From: a virus
Lineage: Duplodnaviria; Heunggongvirae; Uroviricota; Caudoviricetes
Reading direction: 5' to 3' (one strand)
Length of the DNA stretch: 5,110 nt
IMG/VR virus record: IMGVR_UViG_2698536657_000013
Span: 1 to 5,110 of that record
In this document: positions 5,084-5,110 of the stretch, piece by piece
Position numbering within the stretch: position 1 is the stretch's first letter
Layout of the letters: each line of letters opens with the position of its first letter
The notes under the pieces: generated by a model
What the model was told of the DNA's origin: nothing
Database searches by the model: none
The model's input: the letters and a program-made list of their open reading frames with translations, nothing else
Program-made: the position numbers and the translations under genes

Positions 5084-5110
5084 GGCATAAACAGATTCAG
5101 ACATCAGACA

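Larger units (their letters stand above)
4878..5110. repeat. Repeat cassette C (most diverged; right end may continue past the window)
   Basis: Hairpin of different sequence but same position and shape (4885-4917), AAAAAAACTGTAACGC 4965-4980, AAATGTGAAGAATTTCAGA 5014-5032. Unique plus-strand terminator at 5052-5083. Confidence 0.55.

Noticed and set aside
4411-5110. CRISPR array as an explanation for the repeats
   Set aside because: Units are about 230 bp, degenerate and internally structured. There are no short identical repeats of 25-40 bp alternating with unique spacers.
4411-5110. Plus-strand promoters driving the cassettes
   Set aside because: Plus-strand -35/-10 candidates (TTGGGC/TATAAG, TTGACC/TGATAT, TTGAGC/TATAGC) all have about 24-bp spacers, and the hairpins have no U-tract on the plus strand. 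The minus-strand arrangement is more coherent, though plus-strand transcription is not excluded.

Overview
This window is the tail-tip assembly region of a lambdoid (lambda-like) enterobacterial prophage, all on the + strand: the 3' end of the tape-measure gene (gpH-like), then M, L, K and I homologs in the canonical order. Two things interrupt that backbone. (1) A ~1.56 kb AT-rich moron between M and L carries an OmpC-family porin gene (NmpC/Lc-like) with its own AT-rich upstream region and a strong intrinsic terminator just before L. (2) After the stop of I, the last ~700 bp are non-coding and consist of three tandem, degenerate ~230 bp cassettes. Each cassette has a CRP-like box (TGTGA-N6-TCAGA), a minus-strand -10 hexamer at a fixed 25 bp offset, a ~100 nt body and a minus-strand hairpin plus U-tract terminator. 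I read these as a tandem array of small-RNA genes on the minus strand; this is the most interesting and least explained part of the window. It is inference from sequence only; no searches or folding computations were run, and identities rest on recognised protein motifs and synteny.
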